Part shown: positions 1 through 12,687 of the stretch, one piece after another
Layout of the letters: every line of letters starts with the position of its first letter
How positions within the stretch are numbered: position 1 is the stretch's first letter
DNA from: Mizuhopecten yessoensis
Lineage: Eukaryota
NCBI RefSeq assembly: GCF_002113885.1
Contig: NW_018480076.1
Coordinates: 1,277,603-1,341,602 of the forward strand
Direction of reading: 5' to 3'
DNA length: 64,000 nucleotides
Notes under the pieces: model-generated
Database searches by the model: none
The model's input: only the letters and a program-made list of their open reading frames with translations
What the model was told of the DNA's origin: nothing
Position numbers and translations under genes: made by a program

Positions 1-171
1 CACAGTGGTATTACCTGTCCACAACTCATCTCCTACAGTATACACAGTGGTATTACCTGTCCACAACTCATCTCCTACAGTATACACAGTGGTATTACCT
101 GTCCACAACTCATCTCCTACAGTATACACAGTGGTATTACCTGTCCACAACTCATCTCCTACAGTATACAC
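1..171. repeat. 42-bp tandem repeat, 4 copies visible (may continue left of the window)
   Basis: CACAGTGGTATTACCTGTCCACAACTCATCTCCTACAGTATA starts at 1, 43, 85 and 127; the copies are identical. Confidence 0.95.
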
Positions 172-812
172 AAATATTGTATGAATACAAATGAATTCGG
201 AGAAGCTAAAATCAACATAGAGATACAAAGATGCGCTGTTACCACAATAAAATTTCCATTCGGTTACTAGTATATGAATAATCAGATTATGTACCGGTAA
301 TCAAGTTTTATTTAATGATATACATGTACCGAGATTTATAAATCCTATACATAGATTTAATAAATAAAACATTAAGTTCAACAATCATCTATCTAGATAA
401 GGTACGTTCCTGGTTAGTGAACAGTAAAGATCAAACAGAAATTTCTGTCGTAGATAAATATTGAAAGTTTGCACAGGTACCTTTAATCAAAAGTCAGATA
501 AGGCAAGTTCTATGTCATATACACAAAATACCGGGAATGCAGATGATATATTATTATATCTAAACCATTTGTTTTTATCTGAAATCGCACCAACTGTGTG
601 ACAATGGTACCATATACATGTTCACGTCACGTTGCTTTACTTTGTAAATACTTAAAATTTCTACTTATCTTCAAGGTCAAATGTTATAAGGCCTATGAGG
701 GGAACTGAGTGGTTGATATCTTTATGTCAATAATGTCAGAGGTGTGACCATGATATACACTTGATCAACACAATCTGATTATTCTAGTGTAATTCCATGT
801 ACAAATAGGTAC

Positions 813-1091
813 AAACTTGGGTGGTCGGGTGGCACAGTGGACAACGCACTCGCCTTCCACCAAGGCGACCATGGTTCGATTCCCTGATCAGACGTGAAAA
901 GGTATGGATTCACCTACCTGAGCACGTAGGTTTTCTCCGGGTACTCAGGTTTTCTCCGGGTACTCCAGTTTTCTCCCACATTTAGACCCCCAGTGCACTA
1001 ACACTTGGGCCAGTAAAAAGTGATTAATATAAGTTGTAATATTTTTTTTTATTTTTTTTTGTAAAATAAATAAAGTTAATTGTTATTATAT
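813..1091 (+). mobile_element. tRNA-derived V-domain SINE, copy 1
   Basis: A/B-box head (TGGCACAGTGG...GGTTCGATTCC); V-domain core GGTTTTCTCCGGGTACTC, duplicated in this copy; AT-rich tail; flanking direct repeat TACAAATAGGTAC at 800-812 and 1092-1104; homologous to 13628 and 41860. Confidence 0.85.
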
Positions 1092-1622
1092 TACAAATAG
1101 GTACCAGCATTTAGGAAGTTATATTGCGAAGGACAGGTGTCCTTCCACTGAAAATTGCTGAACACCTCACAGAAACCTGACCTCACTGTGACTCCATGAA
1201 CCATTTTATACTTCAGACAATATTTTTACAAGGTACTCATAGGATACAACCATGTCGGGTAAATAATTTAAGTTATCAACATCACAGTTTATGTAATTAA
1301 GGTATTGACCACAAGTTTATTTATTACCTGTCCTGGTGCTCATGGGATTTCATGTTGGAGTTCAATGATTTACATCTTGATTTCTCACATTCTATTGGAA
1401 AGTCATACCAGGTCAATTAAGTCATAGATATTATCTATAAGATTATTACGATAGAAAAACATGGATATACAGTTTTTCATATTTCAATGTAATTATGATC
1501 TGTTATATCGGAACATTAATATGAAGATGAGTTATTTTTGCCACTTTTTTAATAAATGGTTTAAAACGATTTTCATGTTTTATGGAAAGATATCAAAGAT
1601 CATTCTTAATTAAAAAACTCAC

Positions 1623-1772
1623 TGACATAAGGTGTTTTGCAACAGAAATTTCAAATGGACAGTTGGACCAAAAGACACAATGTTGCACCTTATACTTCTG
1701 TGAAACAGTTGTGCTACCTACAGACCACCTTTTGCCCGAGATGGGTGATTTTGTGACAGTCCATGCAGGTTG
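1623..1772 (-). CDS. Candidate coding exon of an unidentified minus-strand gene
   Basis: CTTTTAG acceptor, exactly 150 nt, GTGAGT donor. Only phase 0 is open (QPAWTVTKSPISGKRWSVGSTTVSQKYKVQHCVFWSNCPFEISVAKHLMS), which fits the ATG GAG first exon at 11372-11377. Confidence 0.5.
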
Positions 1773-2574
1773 CTAAAAGTTTTTGAATTGATACAATAAG
1801 AATACTTACATGTAGGATAGGAAAATGTGTACGTAACATGTTCCAAATGGTTTTACTCCGCGTGAACGTCCCGTTAGTTAATAATGCATTGATCGTAATA
1901 CATATAGTTAAAAAACTTCACAAATAAGGAAATATAGATCTAAGCTACACAATTCAATTCTTACGGAACTATTTCTAATACTGTAAGTCTTTTACTAGCA
2001 CACTTCCATAAGGCTTACATAGTTATTTATTTAAACAATAACCATTATATATTTTCTGGTATCGATGAAAATCAATATAAATTTTATTTATGTAAAAGTA
2101 TAGTGTGAAGCTAACATGTACTTGATTCACTGGGCCCTGCTGGATTGAATACATAAACAGACACAACACAATGCTTGCTGACTGGCATGGACAGGTATAT
2201 ATATATATATAGTTGGTTCAGAATTATTGCACTATGTCATTAGGTTATGGACAAGAAAACTATGTCATTATACTTGAGAAAACTATGCAAGATTATATTT
2301 ATTTACGGACACACAGAATGGAGGAAATAAAACTAAGTCGTTAGATTCAGGACAGGGGTATAAAGTTGTCAGGTTCACAACTACAATACTAATTATCAGG
2401 TTAGGGATAAGATTGTATTCAGATTCAGAACTAAGGAAATAACGCATCAGGGTCATGCTCACAAACATGCAGGTAGGGCCTAGATCACAACACTGAGTTT
2501 ACTTACTCTCTTACTCCTGTATCTCCTCCGCTGAACAGTAAACAGAACAACATTAGACAGTAAACAACAATAGC

Positions 2575-3500
2575 TAGAATATGATCTTAGCGACAAAACA
2601 TTGTCGGAACAAAACCCTGGCAACAAAACATTGTCAGAACGAGACCCTGGCAACAAAACATTGTCAGAATGAGACCTTGGCAACAAAACATTGTCAAAAC
2701 GAGACCCTGGCAATGAAACATTATCAGAATAAGACCCTGGCAACAAAACATTGTCAGAACCAGACCCTGGCAACAAAACATTGTCAGAATGAGACCTTGG
2801 CAACGAAACATTGTCAGAACGAGACCCTGGCAACGAAACATTGTCAGAATAAGGCCCTGGCAATGAAACATTGTCAGAATGAGACCTTGGCAACAAAACA
2901 TTGTCAGAATAAGACCCTGGCAATGAAACATTGTCAGAACGAGACCCTGGCAACAAAACATTGTCAGAATGAGACCTTGGCAACGAAACATTGTCAGAAT
3001 AAGACCCTGGCAATGAAACATTGTCAGAATGAGACCTTGGCAACGGAACATTGTCAGAACCAGATCCTGGCAATGAAACATTGTCAGAACCAGATCCTGG
3101 CAACAAAACATTGTCAGAACCAGATCCTGGCAACAAAAAATTGTCAGAACCAGATCCTGGCAACAAAACATTGTCAGAACCAGATCCTGGCAGCAAAACA
3201 TGGCTAGAACCAGATCCTGGCAATGAAACATTGTCCGAACCAGATCTTAGCAACAAAACATTGTCAGAACCAGATCCTGGCAACAAAACATTGTCAGAAC
3301 CAGATCTTAGCAACAAAACATTTTCTGAACCAGATCCTGACAATAAAACATTGTCAGAACCAGATCTTAGCAACAAAACATTGTCAGAACCAGATCTTAG
3401 CAACAAAACATTGTCAGAACGAGGTCCTGACAATAAGACATTGTCAGAACCAGATCATGGTAACAAAAACATTGTCAGAACCAGATCATGGTAACAAAAA
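2575..3500. repeat. 30-bp minisatellite, about 31 copies
   Basis: Unit CATTGTCAGAACCAGATCCTGGCAACAAAA with two variant blocks; it accounts for the overlapping ORFs at 2480-3552. Confidence 0.95.
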
Positions 3501-4189
3501 CATAATGGAGGATAGCATTTCCCTTTCCCCAAACTCTACACCCATTGATTGAATTTTCTTTATCCACATACATAGCATAAGTAATTGACTTAATTTTGAT
3601 TCTTTTCTTATCACTTTTATCCAAGGTTTGTGTAAAAATTGGTGCTGACAGAACAAATACAACAAGAAATATGCCCAACACTAACTAAACACTTATAAGT
3701 TAAAAGTCAAAAACTGAAATGATTTGAAGAAATCATTTGTTTCGTTGCACTTCCTAGTTGGAATTTAGAAAAATGTAACTCCGGAACTAGGACTCACTGG
3801 GTGCAGCCATGTATAAAACTACTAGATCACGTAACCATTTAATAACATTTCTTTCTCATTGAGATGACATTACATTTCAGAACGTCAACTTAAAAGGCAC
3901 TGAATATTTTAACTTAAACAATTTGTTTAAATGCACTTCCTAGTCAGAATTTATAAAAAATTTACCTCCTGAATGAAAATTCACTGTATACAACCATGTA
4001 TATCACTTGTAGATTCTATCTAGATTATGGGAGATAGGAGATTCTATGAGGTGTAGAATTACCTCATAGAATTTACCCAAGAACTAAAGAACCAAGGACA
4101 AATCATGTAACGTAGATTAACACTTGATAAATAATACAGTATTGCGCGATATGACCTAACTTATATATAACCTTGTATTTGGCATTCAA

Positions 4190-5160
4190 ATCTGACTTTT
4201 TACAAGCAAGGCATTACTTTTCTAACATACATTTTACAACAAGACAGAACCTCTCTAATCTAACATTTGACACACAAGGCAAAAGCTGTCTGACCAGACA
4301 TTTGACAAGCAAGACAGAAACTCTATAATCTGATATTTGACATAAAAGGCAAAAGCTGTCTAACCAGACATTTGACAAGAAAATAGAACCTCTCCAATCC
4401 GACATTTGACATATAAGGCAAAGCTGTATAACCGGACATTTGACAAGAAGATAGAACCTCTCCAATCTGACATTTGACATATAAGGCAAAAGGTGTCTAA
4501 CCGGACATTTGACAAATAATACAGAACTTCTCTAATCTGACATTTGACATAAAAGGCAAAAGCTGTCTAACCGGACATTTGACAAGAAAATAGAACCTCT
4601 CCAATCTGACATTTGACATATAAGGCAAAAGCTGTATAACCGGACATTTGACAAGAAGATAGAACCTCTACAATCTGACATTTGACATATAAGGCAAAAG
4701 GTGTCTAACCGGACATTTGACAAGAAGATAGAACCTCTCTAATCTGACATTTGACATAAAAGGCAAAACCTGTCTAACCAGATATTTGACAAGGTAGGAC
4801 CTCTCCAATCTGACATTTGACACACAAGGCAAAAGCTGTCTAACCTTACATTTGACAATCATACAGAACCTCTCTAATCTGACATTCAACACACAAGGCA
4901 AAAACTATCTAACCTTACATTTGACAAACATACAGAACCTCTCTAATCTAACATTTGACACAAGGCAAAAGCTATCTTACCTTTCCTTTGACAAGCAAGA
5001 CAGTACCTCTCTAATCTGACATTTTACAAGCAATGTCGAACCTCTCTTATCTGACATTTTACATACAAGGCAAAAGCTGTCTTACCTTACATTTGATAAG
5101 AAAGATAGAATATTTTAACCAGACAATTGACAAACAAAACAGAACATTTAAAACTGACAA
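4190..5160. repeat. ~69-bp tandem repeat (dimer of ~35-bp subunits), about 14 copies
   Basis: AATCTGA recurs at 4464, 4534, 4603, 4672, 4741 and 4808; GACATTTGACA occurs twice per unit. Confidence 0.9.
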
Positions 5161-6129
5161 TCGAGGAATAAAACAGAATGAGTACATCCAGTCATAGTAC
5201 AAACAAGCTGATACATTCTAACAAAATATTTAAGTCGAAATATTCAAACCTGAGACAAAAATTGTTCTCATATGAAGCCTTTTCCATTTTTTTTTAGTTT
5301 TAAGAAATAGGTTATGCATACATTTTAATGTCTTCATATTCATCATCAAGGAAGTAAAAAAACCAATGCATCCTGGTCTCTCTAAAAAAAAATATGAATT
5401 AATGTCACAGATTTTCTAGAGCTTTACATCAGCTTAACTATCAAGATGATAATGAAATTCCAGTGCTAGCTTTAACAGTTCTCACAATCTTCAGAACAAA
5501 ATATAAACATTTTCCGGTAAGGGATTACATAGGGCTTATGTCAGGCCCAGTTCCTGGGTGATTTTCCTCAAGTCTTGCTGATGATGTTTACAGTAAGCTT
5601 AGGAGGAACTATCGAGACCAGCAAATGCAGCCCAGAAATCTACAATTGTGGCTTCTCTTCTCCAGACTTAAGGTTCAAAGGTGCTGACCTCTCAGACAGG
5701 GTCATAGAAGGTCGTAGGTCATGTGTCTAAAGGTGGCATTTCTCAGTTTCTTCCTGTTCACGGACACTTTAACAAAAACTAATTATCAAACTGGTTTGAT
5801 ATAGGATATACATTTATAAATGTATGTACAATCGCTGTTCAGCAACATTTAATGTGCGTAAGTAGAACAAAATTCAAGGTAAATGTAAAACAAATTTATA
5901 CAATAATCAACCTGACTTGAAAGAAGATATCCTACAAATAATTCACACTAGATTATTTTTTATTTATAATCTGACAAAATTAGACAACTCAACAGGGGTA
6001 TTACTATTGTAAAGCTATGACAACAGTTAGTAATATTCCAAACAAATATCTCAAAACACGACAAAGTTATAACAAGATATTCTTTAGAGATAGCTTGAAA
6101 GATAGACAAATCCTTGATAATTAAACACG

Positions 6130-7140
6130 GACACCTCAAAATAAGTAACACTTGTCAATGTAACACTGTTATTTAAGTAACATCTGTCCAAGGAATATTT
6201 CAATATAGGTAAGATTTTTTTAAGAGACACCTCAATATGAATAAGACTTCTCAAAGAGACACTCCAATATAAGTAATATCTGTCAAAGAGACACATCAAT
6301 ATAAGTAATATCTGTCGAAGAGACACCTCAATATAAGTAACATCTGTCACAGAGACACCTCAATATAAGTAACATCTGTCAAAGAGACACCTCAATAGAA
6401 ATAGCATATGTCAAAGAGACATCTCAATAGAAATAGCATATGTCAAAGAGATATCTCAATAGAAATAGCATATGTCAAAGAGACACCTCAATATAAATAG
6501 CATATGTCAAAGATACACCTCAATATAAATAGCATATGTCAAAGATACACCTCAATATAAATAGCATATGTCAAATAGACACCTCGATATAAATAGCATA
6601 TGTCAAAGAGACACCTCAATATAAATAGCATATGTCAAAGAGACACCTCAATATAAGTAACATCTGTCAGAGACACCTCAATATAAATAACATCTGTCAG
6701 GGAAACACCTAAATTTAAGTAACATCTGTCAAAGAGACACCTCAATATAAGTAACATCTGTCACAGAGACAACTCAATATAAGTAAAATCTGTCAGAGAC
6801 ACCTCAATATAAGTAACATCTGTCAGAGACACCTCAATATAAATAACATCTGTCAGGGAGACACCTAAATTTAAGTAACATCTGTCACGGAGACACCTCA
6901 ATATTAGTAACATTTGTCACGGAGACACCTCAATATAAGTAACATCTGTCAGAGACACCTCAATATAAGTAACAATTTGTCAAGGAGACAACTCAATATA
7001 AGTAACATCTGTCGAAGAGACACCTCAATACAAGTACGATAACATCTGTCAGAGAGGCACCTCAAATTAAGTAACATCTGTCAGGGAGATACCTGAATAT
7101 GAGCAACATCTGTCAAACAAACATCTCAATATAAGTAAAT
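6130..7140. repeat. 32-bp minisatellite, about 31 copies
   Basis: Unit CACCTCAATATAAGTAACATCTGTCAAAGAGA; a variant block containing AAATAGCATATGTC lies at about 6390-6650. Confidence 0.92.
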
Positions 7141-7829
7141 TTGTCTCCGTGACAGTCAATAATATGTTACATTTGTAAATATGTTTTTGTATACAATTTG
7201 ATCATACAGGCAATGAGAGGAAACAATACTGTCTGATTGATAATCAGCTGGTTATGAGTCAATTTGTAACAGCTTGTGACTTTTGACGTATCACAGAAGT
7301 AAAAAGTCATTGAGAAGAATACTATTTTAGCACTAAATCAATTGGATCCCCCAATAATACGAAGCTGACACTTGACAATCACTTTAAACCTGCACTCAGT
7401 CGTAAGTGGTGCATATCATTACATTACTGTATAAAACTGTGGGCGGAGAGATTTTGTATACGATGTCACCAGTGCATTTTATGGTATTTCATACAGGGAT
7501 GTGAATATATTCTCAAGTACACACTGTAATATTAAACATAACATCATAGGTCCAATATAAGAACACCACATAACTCATGGTTAGACCAGTGTATTATTGT
7601 AGCTATGTTCTAGCATGCTCTTTACAGAGCCTTGTACATCACTAAAGACAATACACCCCGGACTGGTCGATTTATAAATATTGAAACCAGTATGATATGA
7701 CTGCCATATAGACTCATCAGAACAGTTGGTCCACAATAACATAGATAATTTAAGTCAAATCTCAATAGGTTTCATGTAAATAAGTGGTTGTTGACATACT
7801 ACACACAGGGACCCGAGAATTTGTTATAT

Positions 7830-8326
7830 GGGCGGATTGGTCGAGTGGTTAACACTCTGGCCTTCCAAGCAGGTGGCCAGGGTTCGATCCCGGAAGTTGC
7901 CGTACGCATGGAATATTAGAGAAAGTGTTTTTCTCCTGCCCACACAACTCCAACAACCTAGGTGGAGTATGAAATGGTCTGGGGTGGGTGTTGCGGTATC
8001 TGTGCTGTAGCATTCAAGTGAGGTGGCACTATAAATGATACTGTTTGAAGCACGGTCCCACTACAAACAGAACACAATACATCTCCAGCACACACACAGG
8101 CATACACACATAGGGAGATATTAGCCAGGTGGCATAGGAATAGTAGTTAGCGCCTGATAAGGCAGCTCCTGCGTATTCCTCAATATTGTATTGATAAATA
8201 TAAATGCCTATTCAATTGACTTTATTAAAATTGTATATCTTTATACTGTAAAGCGCTTTAGAGTGGCTTATGTTAGCTAGATAGGGCGCTATATCAAATG
8301 TTGTATATTTTTTTATTTTATTTTTT
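7830..8326 (+). mobile_element. tRNA-derived SINE with a Meta(MESC)-like central domain and an L2/CR1-type 3' tail
   Basis: Head GGGCGGATTGGTCGAGTGGTTAA...GGTTCGATCCC; central GTAGCATTCAAGTGAGGTGGCACTATAAA; tail TGTAAAGCGCTTTAGAG...GGGCGCTATATCAAATG plus a T-rich run. The domain name is from recall of the consensus. Confidence 0.75.
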
Positions 8327-8617
8327 AGCAGGTAAACTGTAGCAAATTTTCAGGTCCCTGTAGTTTACTGTGATATATTCACATGCACACATACTACACA
8401 CAGGGACCCAAGAATTGGTTATCGCATGTTAACTGCAAATTTTCAGGTCCCTTCGGTATTGTAGTGTACATGCACATATAGTACAGTGTGGCCAACAGTA
8501 TCTATGTATTGTAGTTTTTCTATTGTACTATCAAGTCTTTTGAAAAATGTAATGTTTGTAATATTATTCAGTGTTCTAGTATTTTTTTGTCTTTTGATAT
8601 TGTCAATGTCTCTGTGT

Positions 8618-9117
8618 CACTGAAGACACATTTGAACTCTTCCAATTCAAATGTTGGAACAGTTCATTATGGTATTTCAGGGGTGAATGAGTTAAGCTTT
8701 TCTTTCAACTTTTAAGGATCTCCATACCTCTGCCAAAAACTGCAACTTTGAATTAGAAACTTTATTTTTTTGGCCTTGATAAATCTGACCAGTTTTGCAA
8801 AGAAACCCATTCCATGTAGAACTTTTATGATTTTTTTTAAAACCAAAATGATAAAGAGAGAACTTTTATGAGCTCATCTACCTAGTCTTATGGTAGCTAT
8901 GATAGTACCCTGGCTCAGTCGGGCTAAAGGTATAACCAAAACAAAATTAAGGGAATGTTACTGCATGTATGAAAAACTATATTGGAATTCTCTAGTGTTT
9001 TTTGCCTGTAGTGGGACAGGGATCCTTAACTCATTGACCCCTAAAATTTCATAATGAACTATTCCAACCTTTGAATTGGAAGAGTTCAAATGTGTCTTCA
9101 GGGTTGAATGAGTTGAA
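8618..9117. mobile_element. Two inverted copies of a ~90-bp TTAA-ended mini-element (8618-8695 and 9026-9117), piggyBac-like MITE
   Basis: The two segments are near reverse complements. The full copy has termini TTAACTCATT...AATGAGTTGAA. Confidence 0.7.
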
Positions 9118-9833
9118 TAAAGATTATATTATTGTATTGTACACAAACACTTCTACAGTACACCAATTTATGGTGTTTTCGAATTTTTGTGATCGATTTG
9201 TTTCAATGGATTACCAGAATTCTTCCCTTCATTTCAAAATAGTCATCTTTAAAAACTCAAGCATCCTCTGCTTTTCAAACACTTAGATATTTCCTAGTCA
9301 CATATATCAAACTGTATTAGATTTGCATGTGTTGTCCTGCAATGAATCGGCAAACTGAGTACAACTTGTTGTAGGGTATCATTTCGTTTACAATTTCCTA
9401 GATACCATAAAAGTGAAATGAACGTTAGTATCTGTATCTGTATTTCTTGTTTCTGTTTCACTTTACAGCCGAGCCGGACACTAGATAGTGTGGGTGGGGG
9501 TTCAGACATTCCTGGCACTGTGTCCAGTGTATCGGCTGTAGTGATATACAGCACTCTGGCTCTAATGCTACTAATTCCTTACTTTGGCACCATCTCAATG
9601 AATCAGCCATCTTAGACGATATATCCTATCACTTCTCCATCCCCCTATAATACAGCACACTTTCCTCTGTATGGAAACATATTCTCTAAGAGTCAGGTTT
9701 ATTCTCTTCTTTGTATATTTATATCATTTTCTATATCCAAGCTTGAGATACCCCTTAAACTATAAATACGTCATTTCATATCAATACCCTATAAGCTATA
9801 CCATATACAAATACCCATTCTAGATAGCAATCA

Positions 9834-10054
9834 GGCCAGACAAAAAAGTATCTGTGTTTCCTGTATCATGTCGGAAACATTTAGAGTAGGTAACCAAATG
9901 CTATTTTAAACAAATGATTTTACTTGGTTTAGATAGGAGAGTGATCTTGACTTTAACAGTGCTTCTTTGAAAATTGCCTTAAAATGTTTAGGGTAGGCAC
10001 AACAAATTAGGGTCGGTAAGGTTACCGGTAACACCAGTTTTTGTTTGTTTGGCC
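9834..10054. mobile_element. MITE with a 3-bp TCA TSD (PIF/Harbinger-like)
   Basis: Imperfect TIRs GGCCAGACAAAAAA / TTTGTTTGTTTGGCC; TCA on both flanks (9831-9833, 10055-10057). Confidence 0.7.
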
Positions 10055-10927
10055 TCATCCATCCTATATCAAAACCCAACCTATATAGATACCCAACCTA
10101 TATAAATACACTTCCTATATATAGATACCAACATTATATAGATAAATACCCTATATACACTTCCTATATTGATACCCACCCTATCAAGGTTACCGTCTTT
10201 TATAGACACCATCATATAAAGATATCCACCCTATATTGATACCCTGCTTTAAAGTACTGAACTGCTTGCAGATGGCATTCATAGCCAATAACTGGACAAA
10301 TGCATATTCAACTAAGTGTGCTAGTACTTCATGTCAAATTTGCATTTGTCCATTTGGAGTTCATATTGCCTATGAATTCCATCTGAAAGCAGTCAAAACT
10401 TCATTATATTTACTATTTGTGGAAAATGCTCGTCTCATAGAAAATGTAAATGAAGTACTTAATTCAAGTAAGTGTATGTTCGGTATATTCTTGTTCAATG
10501 AGTTGAACAACAACCATCTGTTAAGGGCGAGACAGTGGTACCTGATGTTCCTGTTATGACATCATAATAATTGGGTCATGGCATTCAATGCTGATATGAA
10601 TGTCATCTGAATGTGGTAGGGTTATCAGATACCAGAATACCCTAAATGAGGGTGTTTTCACCCCCAAAACAGCTAGCTGTACCCTCCAGTTTTCAAAAAT
10701 AGCCTTTTGTAACTATGTACCTAGGGGTACATATCTTGAAAATGTATAAATCATACCCCAAATGTTACATTCAGTGGAAAAATTGGTTATACAATGTATG
10801 GTAGATATATAGATACCATCCCTATATATATTAACCCACTCTTTTCGTGTTCATCATTACCCTAATCCCTCCTCCTTAATTAAGACTGTACCCATTGTTA
10901 TAAACTGCTGCAACTGGTTCTTCCCAT

Positions 10928-11151
10928 CATAGGCACTTGACGCTTTGTTATGTCAGATTAAAAAAATATATATATAAGTATACATTTTTTTTTTCAAAAT
11001 TATTATCTGAGAATTATCTGAATAAAAAAAAGAAATGACAATTTTATTTTTTTTATTTTTTTTAATGTACATGCATTCGATCATTGGTTCGAATGCATGT
11101 ACATTATTTTATTTTTTTAAATCTGACATAACAAAGCGTCAAGTGCCTATG
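10928..11151. mobile_element. MITE with perfect 32-bp TIRs and a 7-bp TSD (P-element superfamily-like)
   Basis: TIR CATAGGCACTTGACGCTTTGTTATGTCAGATT; TSD TTCCCAT at 10921-10927 and 11152-11158. Confidence 0.9.
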
Positions 11152-11371
11152 TTCCCATAAACATTTGATAGATTCCTCTACTTTACAGAACATCCGTCTC
11201 TCACTCTAGGATTACGTTGGTTTCCTACACTGCATCTAGACTTAACAGTTGACTTCTATTCCGTGTTTATCTATGATTAAATACGGTAGCACTTGTAAAC
11301 AGTTTTTAAATCTAACTGGCTCACATACGGTATTTACAATATACGCATCGCAATGATGCGGCGAAACTTAC

Positions 11372-11860
11372 CTCCATCCTTACGAAAGTGTGAAATACAA
11401 TTTTGACTTCGGCAAACTTTCCCCGACACGATCTAGACAACTTGAGGGAAGTCGCTGGTAGACGCTGCACACATCATAACCGTTGTGTCAAAAAGATAAA
11501 AACAGGCACACTGTGTTAATACACTACGCGTGTATCAATTAGAAGATATCTAAAACTGATATTAAGGTGACCTCCGACCTGTGGGAAACTTCCGGGACTG
11601 GATCGTCCATGGCTTGAGATGGGGAGCGGGATGTGAATCCCCCGTGCTAATCCGTCAATACTCCTGCAGTGCCCGTCTACAACTTCTACTGCCGAGAAAA
11701 CGCCACAAAAATTTGCCCTCCGTGAGCGTCTAAATACACACTTGTTCCCTGTGGTTTTTCCCTCCTCAATAAGATCAAACGTAACTCGGTGTACGCGTGT
11801 TTGTTATCCCCGTCTACATTGAATTATGACACCCTACAGTATTTTACTTCCGCGTCTACC
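11372..11860 (-). promoter_or_regulatory. Probable promoter, 5'UTR and first exon (coding only Met-Glu) of the minus-strand gene
   Basis: Locally CpG-rich. AGG-ATG-GAG|GTAAGT gives a strong Kozak context and a perfect donor at 11366-11377, with an in-frame stop upstream. An ETS-like CGGAAGT lies at 11846-11852, but the same 15-mer recurs at 44876, so it may be repeat-derived. Confidence 0.5.
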
Positions 11861-12687
11861 TGGGTCATCCGACCTAATTTCACGATAACAGCATGGGTGC
11901 TTTATGGTACAGTAATGTATGTCATAAATGTTTGATAACTGTAGTTTAAATTTTTATTACGTGTCATTGCCTCGGTTATCGTGGGACCTTAACTAGACCA
12001 CAGACTTGCATATACTATGATAATGGGCTGTTATGTCTGTGTATAAGAGACGATATTTAGATCCCATATTCTACTCAACCATTCAGTCAAAACGAAACTA
12101 ATTTTTAAAACATGCAAGAGATAGATTGGGCAGCTAGACGACACTTGACCTGGAGCACTCGGAGGGTTTTAAATATTGTCGCTGAGGAATACTCAAGGCT
12201 GTCGTTCAAGCTGGCTGTCGTTCAAGCTTTGAAAATACTGACGTTCACGTTATTTCAAGTGCGCATTTCAATCGGAGTAATTATGAACTTCGTAGACTTT
12301 AATTTCATTTTACATTTTAAGTGAACTAAGATGAGATGTTCCGGTTTTAATATAGTGTATTTACTTTCAGGTTTATGCAGATGCGTGCAGGTATTTTTTT
12401 GTCGAATGTTCCTTTGGTGTATGTAGCGTGACTTCTAGCAAAGTGTTTTTGTAAGAAAATTAAGGTTTGGGTTCAAATTCTTCATTAACTTCTCATTGAC
12501 GATGACAAAGATAAGAAACGAATTGGGAATTTTGGAAATCATTGCCCAATTTGGCCTCAGTGCGTTCCCCAAGATTAAGAGTTTTTTTTTAAAATGTTGT
12601 GGTTACTTTACTACATTAAGATGTACCTTGCACGAGTTTCTATGTAAGCCCACCTATACACGTACAGTTTACCTTACACTCGAGGAT

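Noticed and set aside
1328-1391. Possible 64-nt minus-strand exon (TAG...CAG|GTAATA)
   Set aside because: Open only in phase 1, which is incompatible with the phase-0 exon upstream; not supportable without transcripts.
2480-3552. Long repetitive ORFs on both strands (SGSDNVLLPG, TLSEPDPGNK, LATKHCQNQI)
   Set aside because: They are a by-product of a 30-bp unit that is stop-free in several frames; no splice sites or non-repeat coding flanks were found.
7830-7900. tRNA-Gly-like sequence (also the heads at ~820, 13630 and 41860)
   Set aside because: No closed acceptor stem, and each continues into a SINE body.
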